Positions 48,601 through 63,600 are shown, counted from the stretch's first letter. The stretch is 64,000 bases of DNA from Candidatus Omnitrophota bacterium (GCA_041651035.1 JBAZKC010000001.1:515244-579243); one strand, 5' to 3'. Translations and numbers: made by a program. The notes: a model not told the origin generated them from the letters alone.

Positions 48601-51600
48601 AGTTTTATGTTCAATCCTTTTGTTACTTCCGCCGGCGTAAGGCTTAATACTGATCCTTCTTCGGATGGATACAGGACACAGCAGCAGCTTCTCGAAGGCC
48701 TGCAGGAAAGCAATGATTTTATGGGCGGTAGATTCGGGATTAGTAATATTAACTCCAGAGTTATAAAAGGCCTAGCAGAAGGAGGATTTACCGTTACCGG
48801 AATCAGTACTCCAAAAGTAGAAGATGCTACCAATGTTCCGGATGCCGCGGAGATAAACAATAAACTCGCAACCAATTACACAGAAGGATTAAATATGATT
48901 AAAGATCTACCGGCAGGCGCTGTTATAACTATCAATATTCCCGCTGAAAAGCATTCATCGGAAATGGCGGCTGGTAATTATCGCTATGAAATTACAAGCA
49001 AGTCCGCATGGAGTAAGTCAATTGAGCTGTATATTACAGAAAAGGGAATAAATCAAGGTCTTAAAACCGGAAGCCGAGATCCAGTTGTAACACTAACGCA
49101 AGCAAAGGATTATGCTGTTGATCCTGTAACCAAAGAAGCATCAGAGCGCGTGTTAGTAAGCAGATTTAACACAGAACAAATAAACGCAGTTATCAGTGGA
49201 TCAGACGATATCAAGATCACCTTTAAGAATAAAGAAGGGTCTAGTTGGGTTTTTACGGCGCGTGAACTTATGCCCGCGGTATATGAGCGTTTAGAAAATG
49301 AGCCGGCTTTGCGCGAGCAAGTAAATGCGCTGCCAGCATTTCAGGGACTTGAAGTCATCCAACAGGTCAGCTTTCTTGAATCAGGTATGCCTCGTTCTCC
49401 GCCATCAGAACAACAGATTAAAGCCCGAATTGAAGAAATAGAAGGTGAATACAGCACACTGCTGCAGCGGTATAATTCCTCCCAAGACAAAAATCTTATT
49501 CCTGGAATTCAAGCTTTGGATAATAGAAGGATTGAATTAGAGCAAGGATTAGTTACTAATCAAACAGTGGTTGATAAGGAATTATCAGGCATAACCATTA
49601 TTGTCCAAAATATCGCCCCTTATTCCAAAAGAAGCCGTCGCTTTGTTGAAAAGGACCGGGAGCTCCATCTTGCGTATACACAGTTCCAGCGTAGCCAGGA
49701 TCCTCTTTCTGTATCAGCTATCTTGGAGCTTGAACAGGAAGTTAAGGATTTGCATAAGGAAGTCGTTTATGAGCATGCTTTATTGAAGCACGGCGGTGAT
49801 AAGATTGCTTTAAGGAAAGAAATTATTGATTCCCGGATTCAGGAATCAACATCAGCAATCAGTTTCCTAGAAGATCTTAAGGCGCAGATTACAGACAAAG
49901 AGAACGGTATGGATGATGAACGATATGAGGAGCATCTTATTGCTGTTGAAGAACAGAAGATGATGCTTGCGAAGAAAGACGCTGAAGCAATTTCAAAACG
50001 CATTGTAGAAGTAAAGAAGCAAATCGCCGAAGAGGGCACAGAATCTTTTAGAACCGAGGAAGCTAAAGATATTGAAGGGCAACTCAAGGATTTGAATAAG
50101 ATAAAATTGCAGATACAAAAAGGAAGGGCTATAAATGTTAAAGAAATAACTTACCAAGATTTCTTAAGCGCTAAAAAGTGGGAATCCATATTCAGGGAGG
50201 AACTTACTAGCCCTCAATATAAATTCCCCGCAGGGTTGTTTAGAGGAGTTGATGAGAGCGCTCCCCAGTATGCGCGTGATTTCGTGGAATATTTAATAAA
50301 GGTAAGGGCGAACAATCAACCGGGATTGAATGAGGCAACGCTAAAAAAGAGAGAAGGGTTATTTAGGGGATACTTTACATATAGTTATACGGGAAAAAAT
50401 GTCGCGGCATTAAGGATTGAGTTTGGAGATAACCTATTTAAGTTATTCAGCCTTCTTGATTCTACAGCCACAAGAGAAAGCACCTTTGATCTTGCCAAGG
50501 CATTATTTGACCAGCGTAAACAGATAGCGGGGTTATATTCTGAACAGCTTATAAATTTAAGCGAAATTATTTATCAGGCGCTAAAAGATGACGGGAAGAC
50601 TAGAGAATTAATTGATAACCTGCCAGCTATCTTAAATGAAATACAGAATTCAGAGGTTAAAGGGCTTCCTCCCACATATCGTCTTTTAGGCGAAGAAAGA
50701 GAACAGGCCAAAAATGAGCGTCGGTTGAATAAAGAGCAGGGAACCGTGAATATAGATATTCAACCGACGCCTATTGAAAATGTAACTTACGCTCTATATG
50801 GGGAGGATGGTATTGAATTAGATATACAGAAGATGGGTAGTTTGTTAGATATACTAAAGAATTATAGCCATGAATTAAATCACGCCATATTTAAATCTTT
50901 GTCTGTTAAAGAGAAAAAAGCAATTTATGATATTTTCGAATCCGATGAGGTTGTAAATAGATTGAGATACGCGATGCTTTATTTCAGGCTTATGGAGCAG
51001 GGCGGTGAGTGGCGAGAAGAATTACTGAGTAAGTTCGGCATAGATTTAGAACATATGGATCCTAGCGAAGTATTTAACGTAGTAGATAAGATAAAGGATA
51101 CTTTAAGCGCACATGAATATATGTTTGGTATAATAAGCCGGTCGGCCAATAAGGAAGAAGGGGAATCTAGGAAGAAGGATTTGATAGAAGAATCTTTAGC
51201 TGTATACCAGGGTTACCTAATTCTCAAAGGTGCCCAGGAGGAATTAGAAAATGACCCGAATAATGCTTATTTGCAAACGGTATTTACTCCGCAATTACAG
51301 CGGGAACTAAAAGCGTTAAGCAAAATCGCAGAGATTATAGGACCGGCGATAAAAGATCACCCCGATGTATTTGAAAAAGTTAAAGATTCTCTTGAGACAA
51401 TTGAGGCAAATGGAGGAACATTAAGGAAGCAGCAGGAAGAAAATGCTGAGGCTGCAGACGACGCGTCTAAGCCTTCTTCACCGTTAGTTACAAAAATGAG
51501 CCAAGATGAGATTATGGCCAAGACCTTGGAGGCAGTTGCTAAGGCCGAAGGAGACAAAAATGCCAAAGTCAAAACTTCTTCGCCGATTGAGCAAATAGAA

Positions 51601-54600
51601 CAAACAGCCTTAATGAATATAAAGAGTGACGAGAGGACGTATATTGAAAAAGTTTTAAGCAACAGGGAATTCTTCATTAACTCATTCCAGAACTTGGGTA
51701 TGGATGCTGAGCGCATTATTAATGTAGGTCAGAGATTTTACGGAAAGCAAAAAGCAGTGTATCAGGCAACAGTGCTTTTAAAAGATGGGACAAGTAGAGA
51801 ATTTGCTTTGGTGGTAATTAAGGGCGGTGATAGCGTATTGAGAGATTTAGAATTCCAGAAGACGGTTAATAATAGAGACACTGCTATTACCCAAAAGCTT
51901 GGTGGATGGTCCGGGGAAGTAGAGAGAGGTGTTAGAGTAAAAATAGAGGAGTATGTTAGTGGGCTATCGCTGGAGAGTATACTGGATAGCCTAAGGGCGC
52001 AACTTAAGGATTCTCAGATCAGTGATAAAACAGCCAATAAAATAAAGCTATTAATGGAGGTACTGGTAAGAAAAGCTAATATGATAACTGTTCGGCTTTG
52101 GAATGTGACTGGTGAGTTAAATGATATAGATTATAGTAATTATAAGTTTGATAAGAAGAAAGGAGAGAAATTCCTCGCGCCGCGCATAGTGGATTTAGAT
52201 GCTCCGGATGATTTTGATCCCCGAACGCCAGATAACTTTGAAAAATCTACAGCGGGAGATTTGGTTACTTTATTAAGCGTCGATACTACTAATACCCTTG
52301 GCTTTGCTTCTATATTAGATGAATCTATCGCAAGAGCTATAAGCCAGGGTAGAGCTTTTGAAGAAGGTAAATTAGAAGGTATTAAGATTCTTAAGGATGC
52401 TTTGGCAGAACTCGCCATAAAGGCAAAAGAAGAAGCTCTCTATCCTTACGATAAACTGGTTCAGAGTCTAAAGAACTATCTCAGTGAAGAAGGAGGCGTT
52501 AAGGATTATGAATATGTTGATTACACTATAGATCGTTTCAAGCTTCCTGTCGCAGAAGAAGCCATTAACAGAATACCGCTATATAGCTCTTCGCCGGTTG
52601 TCGTCATAGCCGAGATTATGGATAAGCTTCAGACAAAAGACCTCACTATTATACAACGCAGGGAATTAATAGATGAGGTCAATAAGGTGCTTGTAGAGAA
52701 TCCTAAAGAGAGCAAAGAAGCCTTGATTGTTTGGCTTGTGAAGAATGCCCAAGATAAGCCATGGCCAGATGTATTAAAGGGTATTAGTGCTCTAGGATTA
52801 GGGGAAATCATGGCCGTAAAGGTGCCTTTTGGAGTGGATATCAATACCCTATTTGAAGGCTTATCATCCAAGGGGATAGTAAAAGAAATGGCTGTATCTC
52901 TTTATACAATGAAGCCGGGCATTACTCCTTACGATTACATATTGGCCAAAGATACAGCAAGAGGCCAGGCTTATTTGGTTGCATATGACAATAATGGTAT
53001 TACCGGAGTCTTTGAAGGCGCCGATATGGTCAAACAGCTTGAGACGATAGGCCTGATTAACCCGGATCCCACAGCCGCCACCACAGGCGTGGTATTGATA
53101 CAGACATCACTGGCAGGCACTGGGTTTGATAAGGCTATTTATGCAGAAGCCAAGGCCATTTTACATACCCATCCTCTTGCATATAAAACAGATAAAGGAC
53201 CTTCTAAGCCTTCGGAATCCGATAGGGAGTTATATAATTTAAGAAGAGGGAGAAAGCAGATTACTTCTTCTCCTCTCACATTACCTTCGGACGAAGGCCG
53301 CCAAGCAGACAAATTGCCTATACAGCCTATGTTACCTGCAACCATACCCTTATCTTCTCAACAGCAGCCTGTTGTAGGGTCCTTGGTGGGTATTTCAAGC
53401 AGCTCAATCATTGTCAATCCAGTTAATTCTGCGATTCTGCCCGGATTATTCGGGAGATTGACAGCCAATATACGGTTACCTATTAAGTCGTCAGTTCTGC
53501 ACCTTGCAAGTGGTCTTGCCCCGCCTGACAAGTCCGACTCGACTAAATCTAAGGCTGGTGTCGCGCAGATTAGAGTCGAGGTATCCATAGGCGCGGCTGA
53601 ATTAGTACAATTTGGTGCAATAGAAGTTGAAGAAAGCTCGGCTGATGCAGCTAATGTCAGTGGAACTACGAGTGCAGCCTCTAGAAACGCAGAGAAACAA
53701 GGAGTGAGGGCTGTCTCTGAGGAAACCGAGAAGTCCACCACTATACTTAGGGAGTATATAGGTATAGAAGGGGCATTACCTGATCAGGATGTAACAGTAA
53801 GTACTGCGGTTTACGCTAGAGTAATTGCGGAAATCGTCAACGCCCTAGGTGCAACCTTTGAAGTTGTAAAGGCCGGCATCGAAGAATTGCTAACCGGTAT
53901 CTTTGCAGTTAACAAGAAGCCGGTTGTTAGCGTGGCTGGTAACGCAGGCGTAATAAGCAGAGATCCTAATCTGATAGTTCCATCCTTTGGAACTGGTGAA
54001 ATCGGAGCTTCAAGGATTGTAGCCTCAACTCCGCTTGGAAAAATAGAAAGCGGCCGTTTTGTTCCCGAAATTTCTGCTAGCGCAGCTTCCCCCGTAACTA
54101 TTAATTTCAATACCACAAAAGAAATAGTAAGAAATATCACTGAAGCTAAGTCTCGCTTGAATTCTATAATAAGGGATGTCAAGAATGGAAAGGATCACAA
54201 TGGTTCTGTTAGAATAAAAGTCATGGAACTAGTGGATTGGTCTGAAGCTGAGAAAGAAATATACGCGCAAGATTTAAAAGATAGAATATACGCAAGTGAA
54301 GCTATAGAAAGCGAGGTTTTAGGAGTAGAAAAAGTATTAAAGGGCATTGCCGCAATGGATATTAAAAACGAACTAATTAGTTTGAGCGATGATCCTACTC
54401 AGATTTTGGCTCTTGTAGACAATGGATTAAGAGCGTTAGCCGAATTGTTAAGAAGTAATCCCGAGCTGCGTAAGAAGTTTATTGAAGAAATAGTTCCTGT
54501 TAGCTATCGTGGTTTATATAGGAAATTAGAAAAAGAAGATGTGGATAAAAAACAGTCAGCCAATAAGCTAGATAGCATAGAAGAGAAAACAAAAGGCATA

Positions 54601-57600
54601 GAAGAGAAAATCCAGGCATTAGAAAAAGATTTTGGGGAATTTAAGGAAGAAGTGAGAAAGGCTATAACAGCTTTAAAAGAAGCTGGGGAGCTCACAGAGC
54701 AGAAAATAGAAGAATTATACAAGAAATTCGCGGTATTAGAGCTTAATATGAAAAAAGGCGATATTAGCAAAGAAAGGATTGAAGAAAGAGCACGCGAATT
54801 AATTGAGAAAGCAAGGAAAAGAGGCGAAAAAGTCCTGCCGTCAGAAGAGCATCATTATTGGATGAGAGCGGCTGAAGAGCTATACAAAGAAGTCAGCGAA
54901 ATGGGTAACTGTTTGATAGGTACAGCAGTAGTTGACCCAACTTATAGAGAAGAGGTTATTCTTGAAGCTAGAAGGGCTGTTAAAAAGATGACTGGTTCGT
55001 TCTTTATAAAAATAAATACTTTCTTAGAAGTTATGAAGCGGGTTACCAAGCAGGAATGGAAAGGATACTGGGTAGATGCTGATAAGCTAAAGAACTCTAG
55101 TGATGCCGTCGCGAATAAGGTTATGATTGTGTATAAAGAAGGAAACCAATATCATAGCTTTAGGTTCAGTGAATACAAGGATGGTTATTTCTACGGATAT
55201 GCTGGTAATGATTTTGGGGAAACTATGCCGGTTAAGATACACGAATCAAAGGTTATTACCAATAATGGAAAGTTAACCAAGAAGTTAGAGATAATGATAG
55301 TATCTGCGAAAGAAATTAAGGATAAGTATTTCGTAAGCGAAAGAGAGCTATCCGAGGAAGAAAAAGAGATAGAAGTTGGGCAGAGGGGCGGCAGTGGTTC
55401 AGCCGGCGGCTCTACAGCCGGCCCTGGGACAGGAAGTACGGGTGCAGCAAATGCCGGTGGTGAAGGAAATGGTGCAGTTGGCCCTGGTTCTGACCCGGAT
55501 AAAGATGCCGCTGCTGACGAAGACGGTACGTACGAGTTTGGCCAAATCAATAATATAGATACGAATTACAGCGCCAGCACCCCAGTAATAAATTCTACAG
55601 CTAATTTTAATGCTAACAGCAGCCTTGCTCCTCCTGGCGTGGTTCATAAAGCGTCTTCTTCTCTTGCAAGATCCTTCCAGAAAATAATCCTCGTAGCGGC
55701 AATAGCGATAGCTATATTCTCAGCAGCCAAACCAGTTAACGCAGCAACTTATTATAGAGATAATTCAGGCGCAGCATGTGTCCGAGTAGATAAGGGAGAC
55801 ACATTCGGCGGGATTTTACAGGATATCCGCGTTAAGTTTAACGCTGTTGATTCTCAAGCATATAAAAGTTCAGGAGTATTCGGAGAATATTGGGGCCCCG
55901 GCGGTGCAGTTGAGCGCGCATGGGGTGAGATTTTCGCAGGCCAGCGTTCCAAGCCAGATCTTATTTATGCCGGAGAAGAATTCTCACTTGAGAATCTTCA
56001 TTTGCCTCCGATTGTTGAAGAGGCATTGACAGGTATGCCTGGCCCGAATCCTCCAAGCGAAGAAAATAAACCTACAGATTCTGCAGAGCCTTTAGGGGGA
56101 TCTCCTCAAACAACTAAGCAGGTAACCTCTATTAAGAAATACATAATTATTGCAGCGGTAGCTATAGCAGCGCTTGCATGTCTAATCTTATGGTTGCGTT
56201 CATTTAAGAATAAGAATACCAAGAAAAATGATCCTAAAGAAGTTCCTCCGTCCGGTACTTCCTATTATTACTATGACGGCGGGGAGCAGATTGAAATTAG
56301 AGAAGAAACAAGAAAGAAAGTTAATAATCTTAAAGACTCGGTTGGGGATGGAGATACGGCTGCTATTGACGAGTTAAGTAATTTGGCGAAGTCAGGCAAG
56401 CAAGATGAAAAGATATTGGCTCTGAAAGCGTTAATCAATCTGGCTGAAAATGGAAATGAAGCTACAAAGAAGGCAATTGAGAAATTGTTAGGTATAGATA
56501 TTTCCGGAATTAGAAAAGCGCTTTTTGTAAATGCCTTGTACGCAGGCATGGGTGATGAAATTATTCGTTTCCAACTTATACAAGCATTGCTGGCATATAA
56601 CCCGGATATAGAAGTAGACATAGTTACTAACCGTCCTTATATATATAACAGTTTAAAGGGTGAGTTTAAGGTACGTATAATTGATATTAGCAAGACACCG
56701 CATATGGATGCCCGGTTTGATGAAAAGGCCTCCGGCTCGTATTATGACGGACACGTGATTGATTTAACCAGGGCCCCGGTTGACTTATTAGCTGAAGAGT
56801 ATGATTTTGTTTTCTATGTTGGCCATAGAGAAGGTATGTTACCTTTCCGCGCGCCAGTAAAGATAGCTCTTAGTAACGTATGCCCGCATACAGCACCTCT
56901 TGAATTAACCGTAAGTAACGGAGATGTTTTCTTATTAGGCGGAGAAAAGAATGTTTATGCCACTAATCTTCTACTTGCCAGGGCTCTTGGTTTGCCGACA
57001 AGATTCGTGTTGCCTGAACTTTTTGTTTCAGAGGATGCTAGAGAATTTAAAGAAACAAGGGCGTGGTTAGAAGCTAACGGATTAAGAATTAATGAAGAAG
57101 GACGAAAGCCCGTAGTAGTCTTAGAGGCATTTGGCGGAGGACAGCAGGATAAAGGATTTTATCGCAATACTAAAGCGATAGCTGCCTTAGCCGAAAGTTT
57201 AAGAGACGCAGGGTATACAGTGGTTATTTCTCGTAATGATAGGGCAAATGCCGATAAGATTGCCGCCATAAAGAAAGAAATGGCAAATACTGCCGGTATC
57301 ATATTTATGCCTTCTCCTACTGAGCAGCCAGCCGCTTGGTTTAAATACTTCTTAAATATAGCTGACGCTGTTCTTGCTGTTGAGGGCGGTAGTCCTCATT
57401 TTGCATATGCTTTAGGCAAACCATTTATTATTATAGTTTCTCAGCCGGTTATGGCTCGTATGAATGGTTATGGTGAGCCGATTGAAATGTGGTTCTCGGA
57501 ATATGCGGATCGCGCCAAGCAAGATTATGTGGCATTTAATAAAGAATTTGATGAATTCTCCGCAGCAGATATAGCGAAAATAGTCAATAGGTTTACACAA

Positions 57601-60600
57601 ATATTACCTGTTTCTACATCGGTTTCAGCAGCCAGCCCGGTTTCTTCAAGAAGTCTGCCAGTAATCCCGGCCATCCCTGTAAGCTTAGCCGAGCAAAACT
57701 TAGTTAAAACAACAGCTAAGATTAGTTCCGGTGTTAATAGAATAGCTAGGATCTTAGATGCTACAAGAGAAATCCGCGAAAACTATAGAGAAAAATATGA
57801 CACGCTAGTAAATAGGTTTAAGGCAAATGGTGAAGGGACCACACGTATGTATAGGGCACCTCCTTATGGCCTTGCCAAGGCTGTTTTAGCAGCGATTTGG
57901 AACGCAATCAAGGAGGTGCTAAATGGACAAGAGAGAGGAACGAGAAGAGTTGATGAAGGAAGAGCTAATGGAAGAGGTAAGGAAGCGGCGCGCGCAATTC
58001 TTGCTTTTCTGGGTGGCACAACAGGCAGCAGAGAGAAAGGCAAGGAATCAGTAAGTTATGCTCTTGATGTTGCCTTCAGAAGCATTAAAACCGCGATAAC
58101 CAACGCAGCAAACCGTATTTATCTTACCTATATTAGTAAAGCCGGCTTAACAAGAAGCCCACCGTTAGTCAATTCCGTAACAACCAATATTAAGAATTTA
58201 TTAACCAGGCCGCAAGTCCTAATAACTACCGTGGCAGATTTATTAGGGTTAGCGGTTATTGTTGTGTATGGGGGCTTCCCAGGAGCCCTCCTCCGGGGAC
58301 TGACCTCTCCTCGGGAGGCCCTCATTACAACCTACGCTACAATAAAAGGAGGTGTACCATGTGCCCCATCAAAGTTGATGAATTACGCTTTGACCATCTT
58401 GTTGAATTCCTCAGAGATTCAACAGTATTTGCTGCAGCTAGGGAAAATGGTTATGGGTATCTCAGGTTATTCCTTATCAATGGTGAGAACGTCTACGCTC
58501 GTAATGGACGGGCTCAAGCCTGGGAGATCCTTACCGGCAGTATGCGCGAGAGCGTTATCGCTGGTATCACCGCAGCAAGGAATAACCACATCCCGGTCTA
58601 CAGAATCAACGGAGAAGGGCCTCATCAAGCCAACTAGAATACTTGGGGCCTTCTCTACCCCCACCGTCTCCAGTCCGATTGGTTATACGGCTCGCCATGA
58701 TGCAGGGATAGAGTTGTTTAGATTAATCATTGGATTTATGGTTGCAAAGACAAATAAGGATAGGTCAGATAAGGAAGTGGAAGCCGAACTTCTATCTGGT
58801 CTTCGGAATAAGAAGATAATAGATGTAGGTTGTGGCCGAATTCATAAATTGGTTGACTATCTGAGAAACGTAATAAAAGCAAAAGAAGTTTATGGCGTGG
58901 ATTACGCTCTGGGACAGGAAGTAGAATATGATATAAACACCGGGCTAATCAAAGGCGACGCACACGAGTTATCGGATTTATTAAAACGCAATGGAATAGA
59001 AGAGGTTGAGGTTGTGATAGCTACGGCATTCTTTAATTCGGAATGCGTAGAGATTTACACATTAGACAGATTACGAGTGTTACAGCAAATATACCAGGTT
59101 TTAGTCTCCGGCGGGAAGGTTTATTTAACCTCTTGTGCGAGAGACAAGGATTTAGAGGCTGAATTTGAAAAAGCAGGTTTTGACTTTGAGAATGTAAACA
59201 CTAGTGGATACTTAGGGATATATGTTTTGACCAAGCCTGGTAATGTTGTGGTTGTATCTAGTCCAATTGAATTTAGAAAGTTATTTTCTGGATCTCAGCC
59301 CAAAGATATCTTATTTCATAACACAACCTTAGCTGCTGTAGTAAGCGCTATAGCTAGAGAAGGTCAATTTGGTCCAGCTCCGCGTGAAGGCGTAGTGTAT
59401 ATGGCTGAGCAGCCGGTAGGCCCCAGCGACAGCTTTAATAATAGGGTTAGGAACGGAGACCTTAAATTCTTAAAACAAGGTATTGAGAAGACAGCTGCCA
59501 AATTAAATATTCCCCAAGGCAAGTTATGGAAATCTATTGAATTAAGCTTTAATAAGGACGCTTTAGCTTACGAAAATTATGGCTATATTATCGCCACCGG
59601 AGTTCATCTCAATATGTTATCTCTGGAAAGTAAGAAGATAATTCTAAAAGCTATCCCAACCTTGAGTCCTGATGACCATACTTGGATGGATGAGGGGTGG
59701 GCTATAGTAAAAGATTCCTCCAGTCCTATTTCTCTTAAAGATACAAATGCGGAAGAGTTGAGAATGGCGCTAAGTAAGTGGTCGATAGAGAGCCATTTTG
59801 AATGTTTCTTGTTCCGGGAAGAGAATTGGCCATCTTCTAATTCAGGCGCCGTGCTTCGTAAGATTGAGAAAGACGGAAAATTGGCAGGGTTCATTTCATA
59901 TTTAGTCGGAGATAGGGTATCCATAAAAGCGTTTATTGTTGATCCGAGCAAAAGAGGAGACGGAATAGGGAGTGAAGTTATTGAGTTAATTGCCGCAGAG
60001 AATATCGGTAAGGATATTGTTGTTGATCCTTTAAGCGATCGCGCGGTAGAGTTTTACAAGAGGCTCGGATTTAGAGTAGGCTTCGGTGGGAATTATGTAA
60101 GGTCAGCAGCTGAAATAATTAAATTTCTCCGCGCAGGCCCGCAACTTGACAAGGTTTTGAATAAATTCAATATTTTTTCTATAGACATAGGCCGGATAAA
60201 TGATATTGATACTCTCGCTCAAGAAGGTAAGCTCAACCTGGCTGCCGGCGGTGTGGTTATCGAAAACGGGAAGGACACATGCTTAAAGTGGACTGTGCGT
60301 GATGTATGTCAACTTGCCGCTAAACTTAGCGGTAGGCTTCTTTGTCATCCCGCCCTCGTTTCATTATACACAAGGGACAGTGTTTTGGAATTTGTCTTAC
60401 GGGAAGCCATTAAGAATTCATTGGCTCATGCCGTCCGTAATGGAGGAAAAGTTTGGATTACCTGGGAAATCAAAAATGATAAACTTATATTACAGGTAAT
60501 AGACGAAGGAAAACAGTCGTTTAAATTATCGACAAAAAGCTCTAAGGTTCAAATATCAGATTCATTTTCTCAACCTCTTGCGGGAGCCGGCCAAGGCTTA

Positions 60601-63600
60601 GAAATGATAAGAGAATACGCAGATCGCATTAAGATTACTCCCGTATACGATAAAAAGGGCAAAATAGCAGGTAATAGGATAATCCTTACAATATTCATAG
60701 CCCACCACCAGGCCAGAGAGGCTGAGCCTGCTTCCCCAGTCCAGCCCGGAGTTGTAAAAGAAGAAGGGCAGAAGAGCGAAGATGGCAGCGACTTTACCTC
60801 CAGCCCGCTTAAAGACACATTCGGCGCAGTGGTAAGGATTACCGGTGAGCAGAATAATACTACTGCCAGAGGCTCTTTTGTGGCAGGTTTAGTGGCATTG
60901 GCAGTTACAGGCGCAAGCATCTTAACATTATTACAATGGCCGTTTATTACTGTAGCTATTGCCGTTGGTTTAATAACAATTCCTTCGGTTATCAGCGCGG
61001 TTCTATTCTTTTCTCAAGGACTAAGAATTATCCACGCGTTTAATAAGGCCGGAGGGGTTAGAGGGTCGCCTTTAACCGCCCCAATCGCCTATGTTGTTAA
61101 TAACACAAAAACCACGGAATATGATCCTGCTTACAAGGAATTACATCCTAATCTGCAGAGGTCCATAGGATATCATGAGCAGGCCCATATAAACGGCAAG
61201 GGTGAAATAGCTGCTTATTTGGCGCAGGCAGGTTATTCTTTAAGGAAGAGTATTTACTTTATTATTCCTTCCGCGATATTTCTTTCCTCGGCTTATCTTC
61301 TAACTTTGCCTTTTATTGGTATCTTAGCATCATGGCAGGCAGCAGTATTATTTATAACGGCCGGCAGCTTGGTAATGTATGGTTTATTCAGCTTTGTAGA
61401 GAATGCAAAGATACTTAAAAGAGGCGAAGAGTTAGTATCAAGCTTTGGCATAAAGCTAAGCGAAGTAAAAAGCTTACCTCTAGATAAAATATTAGCCATT
61501 AATAATTACTTTAATAAGCATATTTATCCTGAATTACATAAACAAAGCCAGATTACCTTGGGTGGTAGTATAAAACGCATCCGCACCAATCCTTTAAGAA
61601 TGATTGTTTACGGCGGTTTAGGGGTTTTGGTTGCGGTTACTTTCCCACATCATTCCTTGCTTGCGATAATAGCTCTTATCGGCCTGTCAATTGTCCTTCC
61701 TTTTGTAGCTTTTGTAACTTATGATTTCTTCCACGCCGGCATGATTAAGGCAAAAGCTAGGGTTGAATTTTTCAGAGACTACTTAAGTGGTAAGTTGGAC
61801 GCAAATACTAAAGGAAAAGTTAAAGAAGAGATTACAAAATACGCAGAATCTCTGGAGAAAAATAATATTTCGTTTATCGCCAAATACCGGGCAGAGGTAA
61901 AAGGCCTCTGGGTAACATTCACATTATGCTGCCCGGCGATTTCAGGTATCGTTGTTTTCGCTTTAGGAAGAGGCCAGATGATTTTCTGGGGTTCTGTTGT
62001 CGCTTCAACTCTTATGCCGCTTATATTCACAACCCCCGCAGCTGCGGCAGGTTCAGTTTTGGTGTTCCTTCTGCCTGCCTTAAGCACTTTTGGGCTTGGG
62101 GCGTGTATAGGTCAATGTGCTGCTTTCCTTGGCGCATGGGGGCTTTCTTATACTTGGGGTGGTTTGTTAAGAATAGCTTTTATAGTGTGGGGTTTAAGGC
62201 TGGCTTCAATACCGATATTGCGCAATAAAATCCAGGATACCTATATGGTACGCAGATATGGATTCCCGGTTTTGAGCGGAGACTGGATTTATGATAATTG
62301 GGAGAAACTCGGCGAAGCGCATAAAATGATTATCAAGTATTATATTACAAAAGGATTAGTGCGTTCCGATGGTGTGCCTGGATTAACCGATTTAATCCGG
62401 AAAAAGGTTGGAGTCGGCAGGGAAAAGGAATATAAGAAAGGAGCGGCTTATCAATTATTCTATTATGTTTTATTTGATATTGCTGCATTAGGGTTTATTT
62501 TGATTTCTCCTTTGTTCGGCTTAAGATATGGCGTTGCCTATTTAGCGGGAAAGATAAATACAAAATTATTAGGACGTGAGAAAGAATCATTAGAAGAATT
62601 CTTAAAAGAAATAGAGAAAGAGTCTCCTTTATATCATATTTTATTAACTACCGGCGCCCAGTGGTGGATAAGCTATGGGCATATGTGGATTATCAGCGCA
62701 GAAATCGGCGCGGTCATAAAGAGCGGGGAATATTTAGCCGAACATCCTTACCTTAACTTTATCGGCCGACCCATTGATGCTGTAGCTAAGGCGTTGGAAG
62801 GTCAATACGGTTGTATTGCCTGGGGCTCCCATTTATTAAATATCGCTGATGATTCTCTGGGATTTAGCATGGCCCAGGTATTACATTCTGCCTTCCGTGG
62901 CACGGAAGATGTAAACAAATGGAACAATGAATTTAATTTAATATCATCCTTATATCAGGCGCAGTCTGGAACCGATAAGTTAACGCGTCTGGAATTGCGG
63001 ATAGAAGAATTAAGATCCAGAATTGATAAGGAAAGTGATGAGAATAAGAAGGGAAAACTCAATAAAAAATTAGAGAAATTAGAGAGAGAAAAAGAAGTAT
63101 TTGTTCTTAAGACGCAAAAGGAGGAAATAGCAGAATTTTTAGCAAAGAATAAGAAGACTTTCAAAGTGGGAGATCAAGCTTGGCAGATAGCTTATGTGCG
63201 AGAGATATTAAAGCTCTGGTTTAAGGGTAATGTTGGCATTAGTATAGGAGGGGTTAGTGATTGGGCATTTACTCCAGCAGTTACTGATCTATTTGAAGCT
63301 ATGGCATTAGAACCCCAGGAGTTTTATACAGATACAGTTGGTGCATATGTCCGTTTAGCACAGATGATGTCTGGCCTTGAGGCAACAGGTGTATGGGATA
63401 AAAAGACCCAGGAGAAAATAGGTACTATTGTCCTCGCTAACCTGGATGAAGCAATAGAAGGTAAGGAGACATCTGTAGAGGTGGATACTGAAGTTAAAGT
63501 AGTAGGATCGAATGAAACTATTCTCAACGTTACCAAGGCTCCATTGATTACGAGAGCCGAGAAAACCATAGAGTCGTTTGGGGCATTGTTAAGGCAAGGG

